NCBI GenBank assembly: GCA_963729715.1
Contig: CAVSPA010000005.1
Location: forward strand, 640,001 to 704,000
DNA from: an uncultured delta proteobacterium
GTDB taxonomy: Bacteria; Desulfobacterota; Syntrophia; Syntrophales; UBA2185
DNA length: 64,000 nucleotides
Direction: 5' to 3'
A program made the position numbers and the translations under genes. This document shows positions 54,449 through 64,000 of the stretch, one piece after another. Below the pieces are notes generated by a model. That model was not told the DNA's origin. It saw only the letters and a list, made by a program, of their open reading frames with translations, and ran no database searches. The stretch's first letter is position 1; each line of letters starts with the position of its first letter.

Positions 54449-55273
54449 TTAAAGGTGAAATACCCTCTCTGCATTTTGATGTAGAAAAAGCTCCTTCCCC
54501 TCCTCATCCAACCCCAATGAATCAAGATCCTCAAGACACTTGCTTGGTAAAATCATGGGGTAGTTTGTACCAAAAAGAACTTTCTTACGGCCATTTGTTT
54601 TCATGCAAGTTACGAGCTCTTTAGGATACCGTTTCGCAGTATATGCTGATGTATCGATGAACACATTGGGATGCTTCGTGGCGACGGCAATCATTTCGGT
54701 CGTCCATGGATATCCGATATGACCACACACGATCTTCAGTTCCGGGAACTCGATAGCTACGACATCTATATAGGGGATCGGGCGACCCGGCTCAGAAGGA
54801 CAAAGAGGGCCTGTGTGTCCTACCTGAAGGCATACAGGGATGTCCAGGTTGACACATTCGGCAAAAAGTGGATAGTAGCGGCGATCGGTCGCGGGCAGAT
54901 TCCACAGCCATTGTACCATGCGGAGTCCGCGGAACATATAGTCAGTAACATATCTTCTCAATTCTCGGACGGCTTCCAAGGGCTGGTATAGATTTACTGA
55001 TGCAATACCTATGAAACGATCAGGATGCTTCCTGACAATCGCCGCCACTTCATCGTTGGAAATCAACGGTCCTTGCGGTCCCCACCATGCACAAATCAAC
55101 CCCCTCTGGACGCCGCCCCTGTCCATCGCGTCAATTGTAAATTCGATCGGTATCTCTTCCGTCACTTTTTTTACTCCTCCTGTCCATCGCCGGAGCGAAT
55201 CGAACATGGGCTGATTGATGAACCTCATTGTCGGATGCTGCATCCACACATCAATAATGACATTAGTTCTCAT
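54449..55273 (-). CDS. Amidohydrolase 2 family protein
   Basis: IIDVWMQHP, QVGHTGP, CGHIGYPW, IDTSAY, LFGTNYPM. Confidence 0.9.
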   Translation of the reverse strand: MRTNVIIDVWMQHPTMRFINQPMFDSLRRWTGGVKKVTEEIPIEFTIDAMDRGGVQRGLICAWWGPQGPLISNDEVAAIVRKHPDRFIGIASVNLYQPLEAVRELRRYVTDYMFRGLRMVQWLWNLPATDRRYYPLFAECVNLDIPVCLQVGHTGPLCPSEPGRPIPYIDVVAIEFPELKIVCGHIGYPWTTEMIAVATKHPNVFIDTSAYTAKRYPKELVTCMKTNGRKKVLFGTNYPMILPSKCLEDLDSLGLDEEGKELFLHQNAERVFHL

Positions 55274-55527
55274 CGTGCTTCCCCTTTTCTATTTGCCTTC
55301 AGATTCTTCTGTATCCTTTAAATAAATCGTCAGTCTGTGAACAATATTGATAATTCCTGTAGCGATAGTCAATAGATAAATTCGGCATAAATAACTGTTT
55401 CAAGCAAGAATTACGATTTAATGCATTTATCAGTTTCAAGGTGCCGGAACATAGCTATAGCGTCTCTATTTCATTTAACCGGTGGAGGAGAAAAATATTG
55501 AAATGCAGGGGTTGTCCCAATCTGCCT

Positions 55528-55556
55528 TTGACACATAGAGCCTTCCATTGTATGGT
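55528..55556 (+). promoter_or_regulatory. Sigma70-type promoter candidate
   Basis: TTGACA-17 nt-TATGGT upstream of 55628. Confidence 0.5.
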
Positions 55557-55627
55557 TTTTCGTCACTCATAGTCATGTCTTATCAAAACGAATCAAGCGG
55601 GCAAATCAAATCGAAGGAGGAAGCTCA

Positions 55628-56284
55628 ATGAATCGCAATACACTCTGGATCGGTTCCGTGGTGCTCGCCGTTGCCATTGGCTTTGGTGTAGCGAATTTTG
55701 CGAATTCGCAGACAGGCGAGAAGCCGAAGCGTTTTCCCCAGCTCACGATGGACCAACTCAATGACCAGCAGCGGCCTCTCGGCGAAAAGATCATGAAGAT
55801 TTCAAGCGTCGGTATCGGGGGACCTTACAATCCGCTGCTGCGCAGCCCGGTCCTGGCGCAGCGCATGTATGATCTGCTCGATTATCTGCGCTGGAATTCT
55901 TCGCTGTCGCGGCAGTTGACCGAATTCGCGATCCTGATCGTGGGGTGGCAGTGGCGGAGCCAGATTGAATGGTATGCGCATTATCCGCTGGCACTGAAAG
56001 AGGGCCTGCCGAAACAGGTGGCCGATAACATCAAGGCCAACAAACGGCCGCGGGGCATGACGCCCCAAGTGGAAGCCGTCTATGACTTCTGCATTGAGCT
56101 CTCCACGAAACACGAGGTTTCCGACGCGACGTTCAAGCGGACTAGAAAATTCCTCAGCGATCAGCAAATCGTGGATCTGACGGTGCTCAGCGGCACCTAT
56201 GTGACGCTGGCCATGGTGCTGAGCATGGCGGAGGAGAGCGTGCCGGTCGGCAAGGAGCTGCCTTTCAAACCCGGCGAGCCTTGA
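55628..56284 (+). CDS. Carboxymuconolactone decarboxylase/AhpD-like protein with signal peptide
   Basis: Signal-like N-terminus; GPYNPLLRSP, EFAILIV, EWYAH, VSDATF, IVDLTVLSGTY. Confidence 0.8.
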   Translation: MNRNTLWIGSVVLAVAIGFGVANFANSQTGEKPKRFPQLTMDQLNDQQRPLGEKIMKISSVGIGGPYNPLLRSPVLAQRMYDLLDYLRWNSSLSRQLTEFAILIVGWQWRSQIEWYAHYPLALKEGLPKQVADNIKANKRPRGMTPQVEAVYDFCIELSTKHEVSDATFKRTRKFLSDQQIVDLTVLSGTYVTLAMVLSMAEESVPVGKELPFKPGEP

Positions 56285-56412
56285 GAGTTGTTGCTACCGA
56301 CGTCTATCCGGGAACGCGCCGATGCGCGTCCCGGATGGGCCGTTGCGCCTTCAGAACTATACCTTTGCATAGGAGATCACAAAGCTGCAAGGGATGGTAG
56401 AACGCCGTGTCT

Positions 56413-58275
56413 TTATATCGTGAATAGTTCCTCCGCCATTTCAATGGGTGTCCTGTCTCCGACCTTTATCGCTTCGCACCGGGCTTTGACTGTAGAAAGA
56501 ATATTCAGCGCGAAGAATCTGGCCGCGGCGATCTTCCCGTTATAGAAGGCAACGTCCTTGTTTTCACGGATAAGCGCCCGCTGTTTTGACTTCGATCCCT
56601 TTGCATCCTTATCCGTATAGATGGTGTTCAGCTTTTCATTGGCAATCGTAGCCGCCTGCATCAGGAGCGATCCGACGGCAACGTCGCCGAAGAGCTCCAG
56701 ATATGGAGAAGCGTTAAGGACGGGGATCAAAAAGCTTGCGCCCCTGCCCAGCCGGTAAAAATGTGTTGTCAGATCGGAGAAGGCCTTCAGGGCCTCTTCC
56801 AGGTAGTTACACGGGACGGTCAGATCTTCAAACCCCGTGCTCCTTGTTATTACACTGTAAACTTCACTGTAGAGGCTCATCATGAACTCGCCTCTTTTCT
56901 GCGCGAGTTTTCTCCCGACAAGGTCAAGGGCCTGAACCGCGTTCGTTCCCTCATAGATGGTAGTGATCTTGCAGTCGCGCATGTACTGCTCCACGGGATA
57001 TTCGCTGCAATAGCCGTAGCCGCCGTATACGTCGATGGCCTTCGAACAAACCTGCATGGCCTTATCTGAGGAATAGGCCTTGCAGATGGGAATCAACAGT
57101 TCCGCCAATCCCTGCCATTTTGACTTGTCTATCTTGGTTTCTGAGACATCCGCCATATCAAGGGAATAGGCCGTATAATAAAGCAGTACCCTTATCCCTT
57201 CCACGTGGGCCTTCATCCAGAGAAGCGTTCGTTTGATGTCGGGATGCTGGATGATGGGCACGGGCTTGGCATCCGGATTCTTCATATCCCATATGGCGAC
57301 GCCCTGAATTCTTTCCTTGGCATACGCCACGGCATGTTCGAAGGCCGCCGTTGCAACGCCCAGCGCCTGCACACCGACCTCAAGCCTGGCATCATTCATC
57401 ATCTGGAACATGATTGACATGCCAGCCCTCTCTTTTCCGAGGAGCTCGCCGATGCATCTTGCGTCGTCGCCGAAATTGAGGGTACATGTGGCGGAGCCCT
57501 TGATCCCCATCTTGTGCTCGATGTTTCCCGTGCGGACGTCATTGAACTCGCCCATGCTCCCATCGTCGTTGACGCGGTACTTGGGGACGATGAATATGGA
57601 GATACCCTTCGTTCCCGGCGCATCCCCTTCGATCCTCGCGAGAACGGGATGGACGATATTCGGGCAGAGGTCATGGTCTCCGCCGGAGATGAATATCTTG
57701 GCCCCCGTGATGCTGTATTTCCCGTCGGGCAATCTCTTCGCCGTTGTCTTCAGGGCGCCAACGTCTGTCCCTGCTCCGGACTCCGTGAGACACATCGTTC
57801 CGCCCCACTCGCCGGCAAACATCTTGCACATGTATTTGTTCTTCTGCTCTTCCGTGCCGAAACGTTCTATGAGAGAGGCGGCCCCGGTCGTAAGGAGCGG
57901 GTACATGAGGAGGGGGTAGTTTGCGGCCTGAAAAAGTTCAAAGCAGGCAGTGGAAACGCTTATCGGCATTCCCTGTCCGCCCACCTCGGGGTCTTTTATC
58001 GCGCACTGCCAGCCGGCTCCGACAAACTTCTTGTATGCGGCGTGGAAGCTCTTCGGCACGTAGACTTTTCCGTCCTTGAACGTGCATCCTTCCCTGTCCC
58101 CGTCCACATACGTAGGCAGGATCACATCGATGGCCATCTTCTCCGCTTCCGTAAGGATCATGTCCACGGTCTCTTTCGCGTAGTCCGCGTACTTGGCCTT
58201 GAAAATATCTTCTATGCCGAGCTGTTCATAAAGGACGAATTGCTGATCTCTCGTGTTCACCAATAAGTTGCTCAT
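56413..58275 (-). CDS. Acyl-CoA dehydrogenase (long type)
   Basis: GTMCLTESGAGTDVG, KIFISGG, EHKMGIKGS, GGYGY, IYEGTN. Confidence 0.94.
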   Translation of the reverse strand: MSNLLVNTRDQQFVLYEQLGIEDIFKAKYADYAKETVDMILTEAEKMAIDVILPTYVDGDREGCTFKDGKVYVPKSFHAAYKKFVGAGWQCAIKDPEVGGQGMPISVSTACFELFQAANYPLLMYPLLTTGAASLIERFGTEEQKNKYMCKMFAGEWGGTMCLTESGAGTDVGALKTTAKRLPDGKYSITGAKIFISGGDHDLCPNIVHPVLARIEGDAPGTKGISIFIVPKYRVNDDGSMGEFNDVRTGNIEHKMGIKGSATCTLNFGDDARCIGELLGKERAGMSIMFQMMNDARLEVGVQALGVATAAFEHAVAYAKERIQGVAIWDMKNPDAKPVPIIQHPDIKRTLLWMKAHVEGIRVLLYYTAYSLDMADVSETKIDKSKWQGLAELLIPICKAYSSDKAMQVCSKAIDVYGGYGYCSEYPVEQYMRDCKITTIYEGTNAVQALDLVGRKLAQKRGEFMMSLYSEVYSVITRSTGFEDLTVPCNYLEEALKAFSDLTTHFYRLGRGASFLIPVLNASPYLELFGDVAVGSLLMQAATIANEKLNTIYTDKDAKGSKSKQRALIRENKDVAFYNGKIAAARFFALNILSTVKARCEAIKVGDRTPIEMAEELFTI

Positions 58276-58538
58276 GAAGACCTCCTGAAAAACGGTGGAT
58301 TAAAGACCCGGGAAATTTTGGAACGCAATGCCTGGATGAAGGCCGATACAATGCCAATATGAGTCTGTTTTTATACATAACAAGGGCGGGCTTTGCAAGG
58401 ATTCCTTTGTGAAGATTGATCTTTCTTGCGGCTCCAGTTCTCGCCCCTGACTGTTATTGAAAATTTATAAATTTTATGAGATTAAAAGCAACTGAATACA
58501 ACGCCGCCGGAATTATCTCGGTTGAGAAGGAGAGTGAC

Positions 58539-59648
58539 ATGAAAAATTTATTGGAAAACATCGAGGAAATCCTGCTCATGGGCCCCGGCCCTTCCTGCGT
58601 ACCCCCGCAGGTCTACAAGGCCCTTAGCCGGAAGACCCTGGGACACCTGGACCCTTATTTCCTGACCATCATGGATGAGCTTATGGAGATGCTTCGCCGG
58701 ATCATGAATACGAAGAACAGGCTCACGATCCCCATATCGGGAACGGGTTCCGCAGGCATGGAGGCGAGCTTCGTGAATCTCGTGGAGCCGGGCGACAAGG
58801 TTCTTATCATCACGAACGGCGTCTTCGGCGTGCGGATGCAGGACGTAGCTGGTCGGCTTGGCGCCAAGGTCGACGCGCAGGAGTTCCCCTGGGGAACGCC
58901 GGTAGTGCCGGAGGCGGTAGAAAAGAAGATCAAACAGGATTCCTACAAGATAGTCGCCGTGGTCCATGCCGAGACCTCGACGGGTGTGATGAATCCGGTT
59001 GCGGAAATCGGTGCGCTTCTCAAAGGCAGTGACGCCATCTATCTGGTGGATACAGTCACGAGTCTGGGCGGCATCGAGGTCAGGATGGATGACTGGAACA
59101 TCGACGCTCTCTACAGCGGTACGCAGAAATGTCTTTCCTGCCCGCCGGGACTTGCGCCCCTTTCATTTTCCGACAAGGCCCTGGCGAAGCTGAACGGGCG
59201 CAAGACGAAGGTGCCCAACTGGTATCTCGATATTTCCATGATTGCGAACTACTGGGGGAAGAGCCGCGTCTACCATCATACGGCGCCCGTGAACATGATC
59301 TACGGCCTGTATGAGGCGCTGTACGTGATCTTCGAGGAGAAGCTGGAGAATGTGTTTAAGCGGCATAAGGAAAGCCATGCGGCTCTGGTGGCAGGGCTGA
59401 AGGAGCTGGGCGTGAAGATGCTGGTGGAGGAGCCGTATCGCCTTCCTATGCTGAATGCCGTCTCTGTGCCTGAGGGCGTGGATGAGCTCGCTGTCAGGAA
59501 GCGCCTGCGAAGCGAATTCAAGATCGAGATCGGCGCGGGCCTAGGACCCCTGGCCGGGAAGATATGGCGTGTGGGGTTAATGGGGCACACGGCGAGAAAA
59601 GAAAACGTTGCGAGATTCATTGCGGCCCTGAAGAAGGTTCTGAAATAA
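58539..59648 (+). CDS. Alanine-glyoxylate/serine-pyruvate aminotransferase family (class V)
   Basis: LMGPGP, VHAETSTG, VDTVTSLGG, SGTQKCL, YHHTAP, WRVGLMG; ATG 58539. Confidence 0.92.
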   Translation: MKNLLENIEEILLMGPGPSCVPPQVYKALSRKTLGHLDPYFLTIMDELMEMLRRIMNTKNRLTIPISGTGSAGMEASFVNLVEPGDKVLIITNGVFGVRMQDVAGRLGAKVDAQEFPWGTPVVPEAVEKKIKQDSYKIVAVVHAETSTGVMNPVAEIGALLKGSDAIYLVDTVTSLGGIEVRMDDWNIDALYSGTQKCLSCPPGLAPLSFSDKALAKLNGRKTKVPNWYLDISMIANYWGKSRVYHHTAPVNMIYGLYEALYVIFEEKLENVFKRHKESHAALVAGLKELGVKMLVEEPYRLPMLNAVSVPEGVDELAVRKRLRSEFKIEIGAGLGPLAGKIWRVGLMGHTARKENVARFIAALKKVLK

Positions 59649-59654
59649 TTAGTG

Positions 59655-59822
59655 TGTCACTCCCGCGGAGGTGGGAGTCCAGTTCTTTGAATCTTGGATT
59701 CCCACTTTCGTGGGAATGACAGAAGGTGGTGCGTACCTTTAGGTGCGCTGTATTGGCGGGACTAAAGTCCTGCACTACGGTTGTCAAGAAATCCCGCCGC
59801 ATCCCCCTTTAGGAAAGGGGGA
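59655..59822. repeat. Mosaic of three palindromic REP-like elements
   Basis: TGTCACTCCCGCGGAGGTGGGAGTCCA...TGGATTCCCACTTTCGTGGGAATGACA (59655-59721); GTGGTGCG...TGCACTACG (59726-59779); TCCCCCTTT-AGG-AAAGGGGGA (59802-59822). Confidence 0.75.
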
Positions 59823-59916
59823 TGCGCGCACGGCGAGTCTGTTGTTGACATCCTTTTTTTGCAAAATATAATTTATTATATAGAGTCTGAACAGGATGCA
59901 TAGAAAGGATGTCGTT

Positions 59917-60487
59917 ATGGAACAACCGCTCAAGATAGTATATCGCAATATACTGCCGGCGCATAAAGATGTCATTGATCCGATAATGAGGGAGCACGCC
60001 GTTAAACTGGACAAGTACTTTCCCAAGATAATCAGTTGTCGTGGTGGAAAAGACACAAGGGCGGCATCACGTAGGCGATCTCTACAGAACAACCATAACG
60101 CTTACAGTGCCGCATAGAGAGATCGTCGTGAATCGCGAGCATCCCCGTAACCACAGTCACGAAGACATGGTTGTTACGGTAGGCCATGTTTTCGACGATG
60201 CGGCGCGGCAACTTGAAGAATATGCACGGATGCGGGGGAAGGAGCTAAAAGACCACGATCTACTGCCTCACGGTGTGATCCATAAACTCTACCTTAAGGA
60301 TGGTTATGGATTTATACAAGGATCAGGCGATAGGGAAATTTACTTTCACCGGAACAGTGTGATCGACGGGTTCGATAACCTTGAGATCGGGACAGCGGTC
60401 CGTTTTGAGGAGGAGGAAGAGAAGAAAGGCCCGCAGGACAGCACCGTCAAGATTGTGAGGAAGGAGCACACCCATCACAGGCATTAA
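59917..60487 (+). pseudogene. HPF/RaiA-like plus cold-shock-domain fusion protein, frameshifted near 60040
   Basis: MEQPLKIVYRN...KIISCR continues in another frame as VVEKTQGRHHVGDLY...DGYGFI...IYFHRNSV...KGPQ. Confidence 0.85.
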
Positions 60488-60552
60488 GGTTTCGTGAATT
60501 GCAAGGCCGGCGGCCGTTATGTGCATGCATTATTTCGGTTAGGATACTAAGT

Positions 60553-60843
60553 TCACCGCGCTGCTGTGGCAGCGGCTCTCTTGCGTCCGTTTTTCTTGAC
60601 ATCCTTGAAAGGCACCTTCCCACGGGAAGGGCGCAGCACTTTTTCCGAAAGGTCTTCTTCGATAGGCACTTCTTTCCCGAATTCAAGGACCTCCATCAGA
60701 GGCTCTTCGTTTTCGTAATCGCCGAGTTCCCAGATCATCTCATCGAGGTCCCCGTCGCGGTATCTATCCCTCCCGCGTTCAAATTCCCTCGTAATGTCGT
60801 TGAGAAATGTGTCGAGCGGTTTCACTCTGTCGTAATATGCCAT
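60553..60843 (-). CDS. Hypothetical protein, acidic body and basic tail
   Basis: Strong RBS GAGGAGGG before ATG; no recognised motif. Confidence 0.65.
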   Translation of the reverse strand: MAYYDRVKPLDTFLNDITREFERGRDRYRDGDLDEMIWELGDYENEEPLMEVLEFGKEVPIEEDLSEKVLRPSRGKVPFKDVKKNGRKRAAATAAR

Positions 60844-61101
60844 TTTTCCCTCCTCGGTATTTTCGAATTATAGATAAAATCTAAGCCGGATAAAAAATTA
60901 CATCCATCATAAAATTCATAAAATCCAGTTTTGAAAAACCTGAATTTTACATAAGGGAATGGATGATAGGCGCGGTTTATTTGGCCTCTCTTTCTGCGAC
61001 AGCAATTCTTACCCATTGACACACCCACCCCCTTTCTTTTATGCTCCCTGTGTGACTCTTTTACGCAAGACTGACAACTCTTTTTGAACGCAACTACAGT
61101 T

Positions 61102-64000
61102 ATGCAGGGTAAATCAGAAACAGAAGAAGGCCGTTTGCGGATCAAATGTATAGAAGAACTGGTTCGCCGAAGGGGGCTGGACGAAGGGGAAGCGCTGGTA
61201 ATCGACGAACGCCTGCTCGCACTGATGCAGATTATCTCCACGGGACTGGGAGATGATATTCATCTGAAAATTGCCCCCGGCAGCAACTGGAGATATAACA
61301 GTGAAACAAACGAAATGGTATTTCCCGTAGGATTGCTGTTGTCCTCTTCGGCAGAAGAGGTCATCGCCTTTTGCGCCCATGAGGCGGGACACAGGCAAAT
61401 ATCCCGCAGGAGCGTGAGAAAGGCGGTGTTCAAGACATTTTCCGCGACTGAATCCACCAGGCTTCTCTTGACTGCCTTTGAAGACAGCCGTGTAGATAAC
61501 TGGCTGACAAGCGTCTTTGCGGGAATAAAACACTACCTGGATATTGCCTATGACGAGATGCTCCCCCGTGATTTGTCGAGATCGTCGTACGTGGATTATC
61601 TGAAGGGTGAAATCTCCAAGAGGGCGAGTACCTGCTGCCATCCGTATCTCCTTTACCCACATCTCGAATACCTTCTCGGAATGCGCTATTACTGGCTGTA
61701 TGGCCGCCTTCCTACGCAGTTGATGAATCCGGAAGTAGGCGCTGCCCTTGCCCGGACACACGGGGATTTTGCGGAGATCTTCAATCACTATCCTCCCGGG
61801 CGGGTCTCGGAGAATGAGAATCTGAGATTTGCGGAAGAAACGGCCTTGATGGTGAGGGACAAAATCCTTCCGGAGTATGAAAACCTTGTCCTGCTCGCGA
61901 TTACAAAGCTCGCAGAGGCCATAAAGGACGGCCAGCTCCAGGTCAAGGACAAGAAATGCGCCCCGGAGGATTTGAGCCCGGATGAGATCGAGGAAGCGGC
62001 GAGAAAATTATTAGAGCTAAAAGCGAGGGAGCTGGCGGACAAGTTATCTCCCAAGACGGAAAAGCGCACCGGGAAAACAGAGGAATACAGAAAGGAAACC
62101 CCTGAAGAAACAGCTCCGCGCAGAGCGGGCGGAAAATCCGCCGGGGAAAGAACGGCGCCGTTGCCCACAGAGACTCTCCGCGACCTCATCAAGAAGCAGC
62201 GAAGGATAGACCGCGACGAGAACACAAAGATAGGTGAGTACGAAAAAGTCTTCAGGCTGATCTCGAATCTGGTCCAGGCCTTAAGCGGGGTTTTGGAAAA
62301 TCACTTCGCGAAAAATAAGAGGCCTTCCTTCAAAGGCTATTTCCCTTCCGGCCAGAAGCCTGATCTGCGGAGGGCCATGGAGCTTTCCCGGAAATTGAGC
62401 GAGGGTATTCCCGTGCAGGATAGGGATCTCAAGGTCTTCTTGAAGAGGAGGCTTCCAACACAGAGGGACCACAAAATCATCCTCGCGCTCGATGAATCGG
62501 GTTCCATGGACGAACCCAAGAGGACATCCGCCCTCGCAGGTCTTCTCATCTTTATGGAGGCCCTCGATCATATCGGCATCGACTACGGGGTGATAGGATT
62601 TTCCGATAGCCCCATTATGCACAAGGAGTTGGGCGTGAAACTGGATAACGCAGGCCGGAGGGTATTGTTCGACGAGGTCTCCCTGTGCATACCCGGAGGC
62701 TCCACCGCAGATGCAGATGCGCTCCAGTTGGCGACGAATATATTAAAGGATCAACCCGAAGATTCATCAAGGTGGATCATCATGGTGACGGATGGAGAAG
62801 GAAACGTGAATACAACCGGTAAGACGTTTGTCGAGCTTCAGAAGGAGGCTCTCGATCAAAAGATAGAGGTGCTCGGTGTGGGTCTGGGAGAGGAGGTAAC
62901 GGAGGTCATAAGGAGGTACGCAAGCGGCATGCAGATTAATGCGGTGGAAGAACTCCCGTCCGTCCTCTCGGGCATACTGGAGGAAAAACTTGTTACGCAG
63001 GATGCATACTGGGACAGTTTTCTCACGCCCCGCCATGAGGCCCATATAGAGAGGGAAGATCCCGATGTGTCCCTGCCCCCGGATTTGTCGGTGCTCCTCG
63101 CGTCTCTCTATCTTTATCTGAAGGAAAACATTCCCGCTTTCAATGTTAGGCATCTGAAGAGGGCATCGGAGCTCCTAGGATTTTTGCTGAACCGGGGTTA
63201 TCCGGGAAAAGAAGCGTTCGGAAGGAGCCTGAAATACGCCTTTGTTGATACACAGGAACAGTCCCAGCGGGTAAAAGAGCTCATCCTCGAAAGGATTGAA
63301 GACATGCGGAAGGTATTTCCGGACATCACCCGGGAAGACTTGCCGCAGGAATTTCACCAAGCGTCTTCACGGGCGGACGTTCCCGTGTCTGCGATCCCGC
63401 ATGACCTGGCTTCTGTCCTGGATATTTTAATGAAGAACAGCGCTCATCCTCGGATCGAAAAGGCCCTTTCATTGTTGAAGGCGCTCATCAGTTCCTCTGA
63501 CACGGCATTCGTGAGCATCCCCGGAATGGAAGCGGCGTTCCGGGTTATTGACGACGAACTTCTAAAGGAAATAGCCATAGAGGAGATCGAAAAAAAATTA
63601 GAGGATAAGAGCTGGGCTGTCCGCCAGCCCGCAGCCTTAGCCCTGGGCCGGGTTTATCTCGCGCTCGTCAAGCAAGGAAAAGATGTCGACTTGAGTCTGC
63701 TTGAGGAAATGCTGAAGGATGAAGATCCGTCCGTCTGCCGCGCCGCCGCACAGGCCCTCAGTCGGATCTGGTATCACTATCATGGGAAGGGAAAAATAAC
63801 GCTGGGGGCATTGGAGCGCCGACTGGGAGATGAAAACTGGGCCGTCCGCCAGGCTGCGGCAAGGGCTCTCGGAAGGATATATCCTCTACTTATGGAACAA
63901 GGACTGAATGTGGACATCAGCAAATTGGAAGGAGGGTTGTGGAATAAAAACTGGTTTGTCCGCCAGGCCGAGGCCGAGGCCTTGGGGGAGACCTACGGCG
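61102..64000 (+). CDS. Large multidomain protein (partial, >966 aa): zincin-like HExxH domain, vWA domain, HEAT repeats
   Basis: Manual translation shows no stop from 61102 to the edge; HEAGH (aa 93-97), EDSRVD (aa 127), DESGS (aa 464), GGST, VTDG (aa 563), four repeats of Lxdx(S/N)WxVRQAAAxALG type from about aa 827. Confidence 0.88.
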   Translation, partial: MQGKSETEEGRLRIKCIEELVRRRGLDEGEALVIDERLLALMQIISTGLGDDIHLKIAPGSNWRYNSETNEMVFPVGLLLSSSAEEVIAFCAHEAGHRQISRRSVRKAVFKTFSATESTRLLLTAFEDSRVDNWLTSVFAGIKHYLDIAYDEMLPRDLSRSSYVDYLKGEISKRASTCCHPYLLYPHLEYLLGMRYYWLYGRLPTQLMNPEVGAALARTHGDFAEIFNHYPPGRVSENENLRFAEETALMVRDKILPEYENLVLLAITKLAEAIKDGQLQVKDKKCAPEDLSPDEIEEAARKLLELKARELADKLSPKTEKRTGKTEEYRKETPEETAPRRAGGKSAGERTAPLPTETLRDLIKKQRRIDRDENTKIGEYEKVFRLISNLVQALSGVLENHFAKNKRPSFKGYFPSGQKPDLRRAMELSRKLSEGIPVQDRDLKVFLKRRLPTQRDHKIILALDESGSMDEPKRTSALAGLLIFMEALDHIGIDYGVIGFSDSPIMHKELGVKLDNAGRRVLFDEVSLCIPGGSTADADALQLATNILKDQPEDSSRWIIMVTDGEGNVNTTGKTFVELQKEALDQKIEVLGVGLGEEVTEVIRRYASGMQINAVEELPSVLSGILEEKLVTQDAYWDSFLTPRHEAHIEREDPDVSLPPDLSVLLASLYLYLKENIPAFNVRHLKRASELLGFLLNRGYPGKEAFGRSLKYAFVDTQEQSQRVKELILERIEDMRKVFPDITREDLPQEFHQASSRADVPVSAIPHDLASVLDILMKNSAHPRIEKALSLLKALISSSDTAFVSIPGMEAAFRVIDDELLKEIAIEEIEKKLEDKSWAVRQPAALALGRVYLALVKQGKDVDLSLLEEMLKDEDPSVCRAAAQALSRIWYHYHGKGKITLGALERRLGDENWAVRQAAARALGRIYPLLMEQGLNVDISKLEGGLWNKNWFVRQAEAEALGETYG

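Noticed and set aside
55628..56284. Apparently GC-richer codon usage suggesting a genomic island
   Set aside because: Single gene, no mobility genes or boundaries, and composition was not computed.
61114..63360. Series of minus-strand ORFs offered by the ORF track
   Set aside because: Shadows of the single long plus-strand frame starting at 61102.

Overview
Replication-origin region of an anaerobic deltaproteobacterium; gene content suggests Desulfobacterota, probably Syntrophales (inference). It holds a co-oriented rsmG-parA-parB-dnaA-dnaN-gyrB-gyrA block without recF and with an oriC-like dnaA-dnaN spacer, an IS1182 inserted in the loop of a palindromic repeat, archease-rtcB, a KdnA-like/hldD/kdsB LPS cluster, gatCAB-mtnA, tat, PBP1A and assorted metabolic genes. 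The most notable signal is two tandem acetohydroxyacid synthase (AHAS) operons, each behind its own short leader-peptide attenuator that the ORF track misses (one Val-rich, one Ile-rich). Specificity residues in both catalytic and regulatory subunits match the sensed amino acid, suggesting separate Val and Ile branches. The downstream IlvC has an acidic cofactor loop (candidate NADH-using). At the right edge is a >966 aa zincin-like/vWA/HEAT-repeat protein absent from the ORF track. No rRNA, tRNA or CRISPR array was seen. All calls come from reading the sequence and recalled family motifs; no searches were run.
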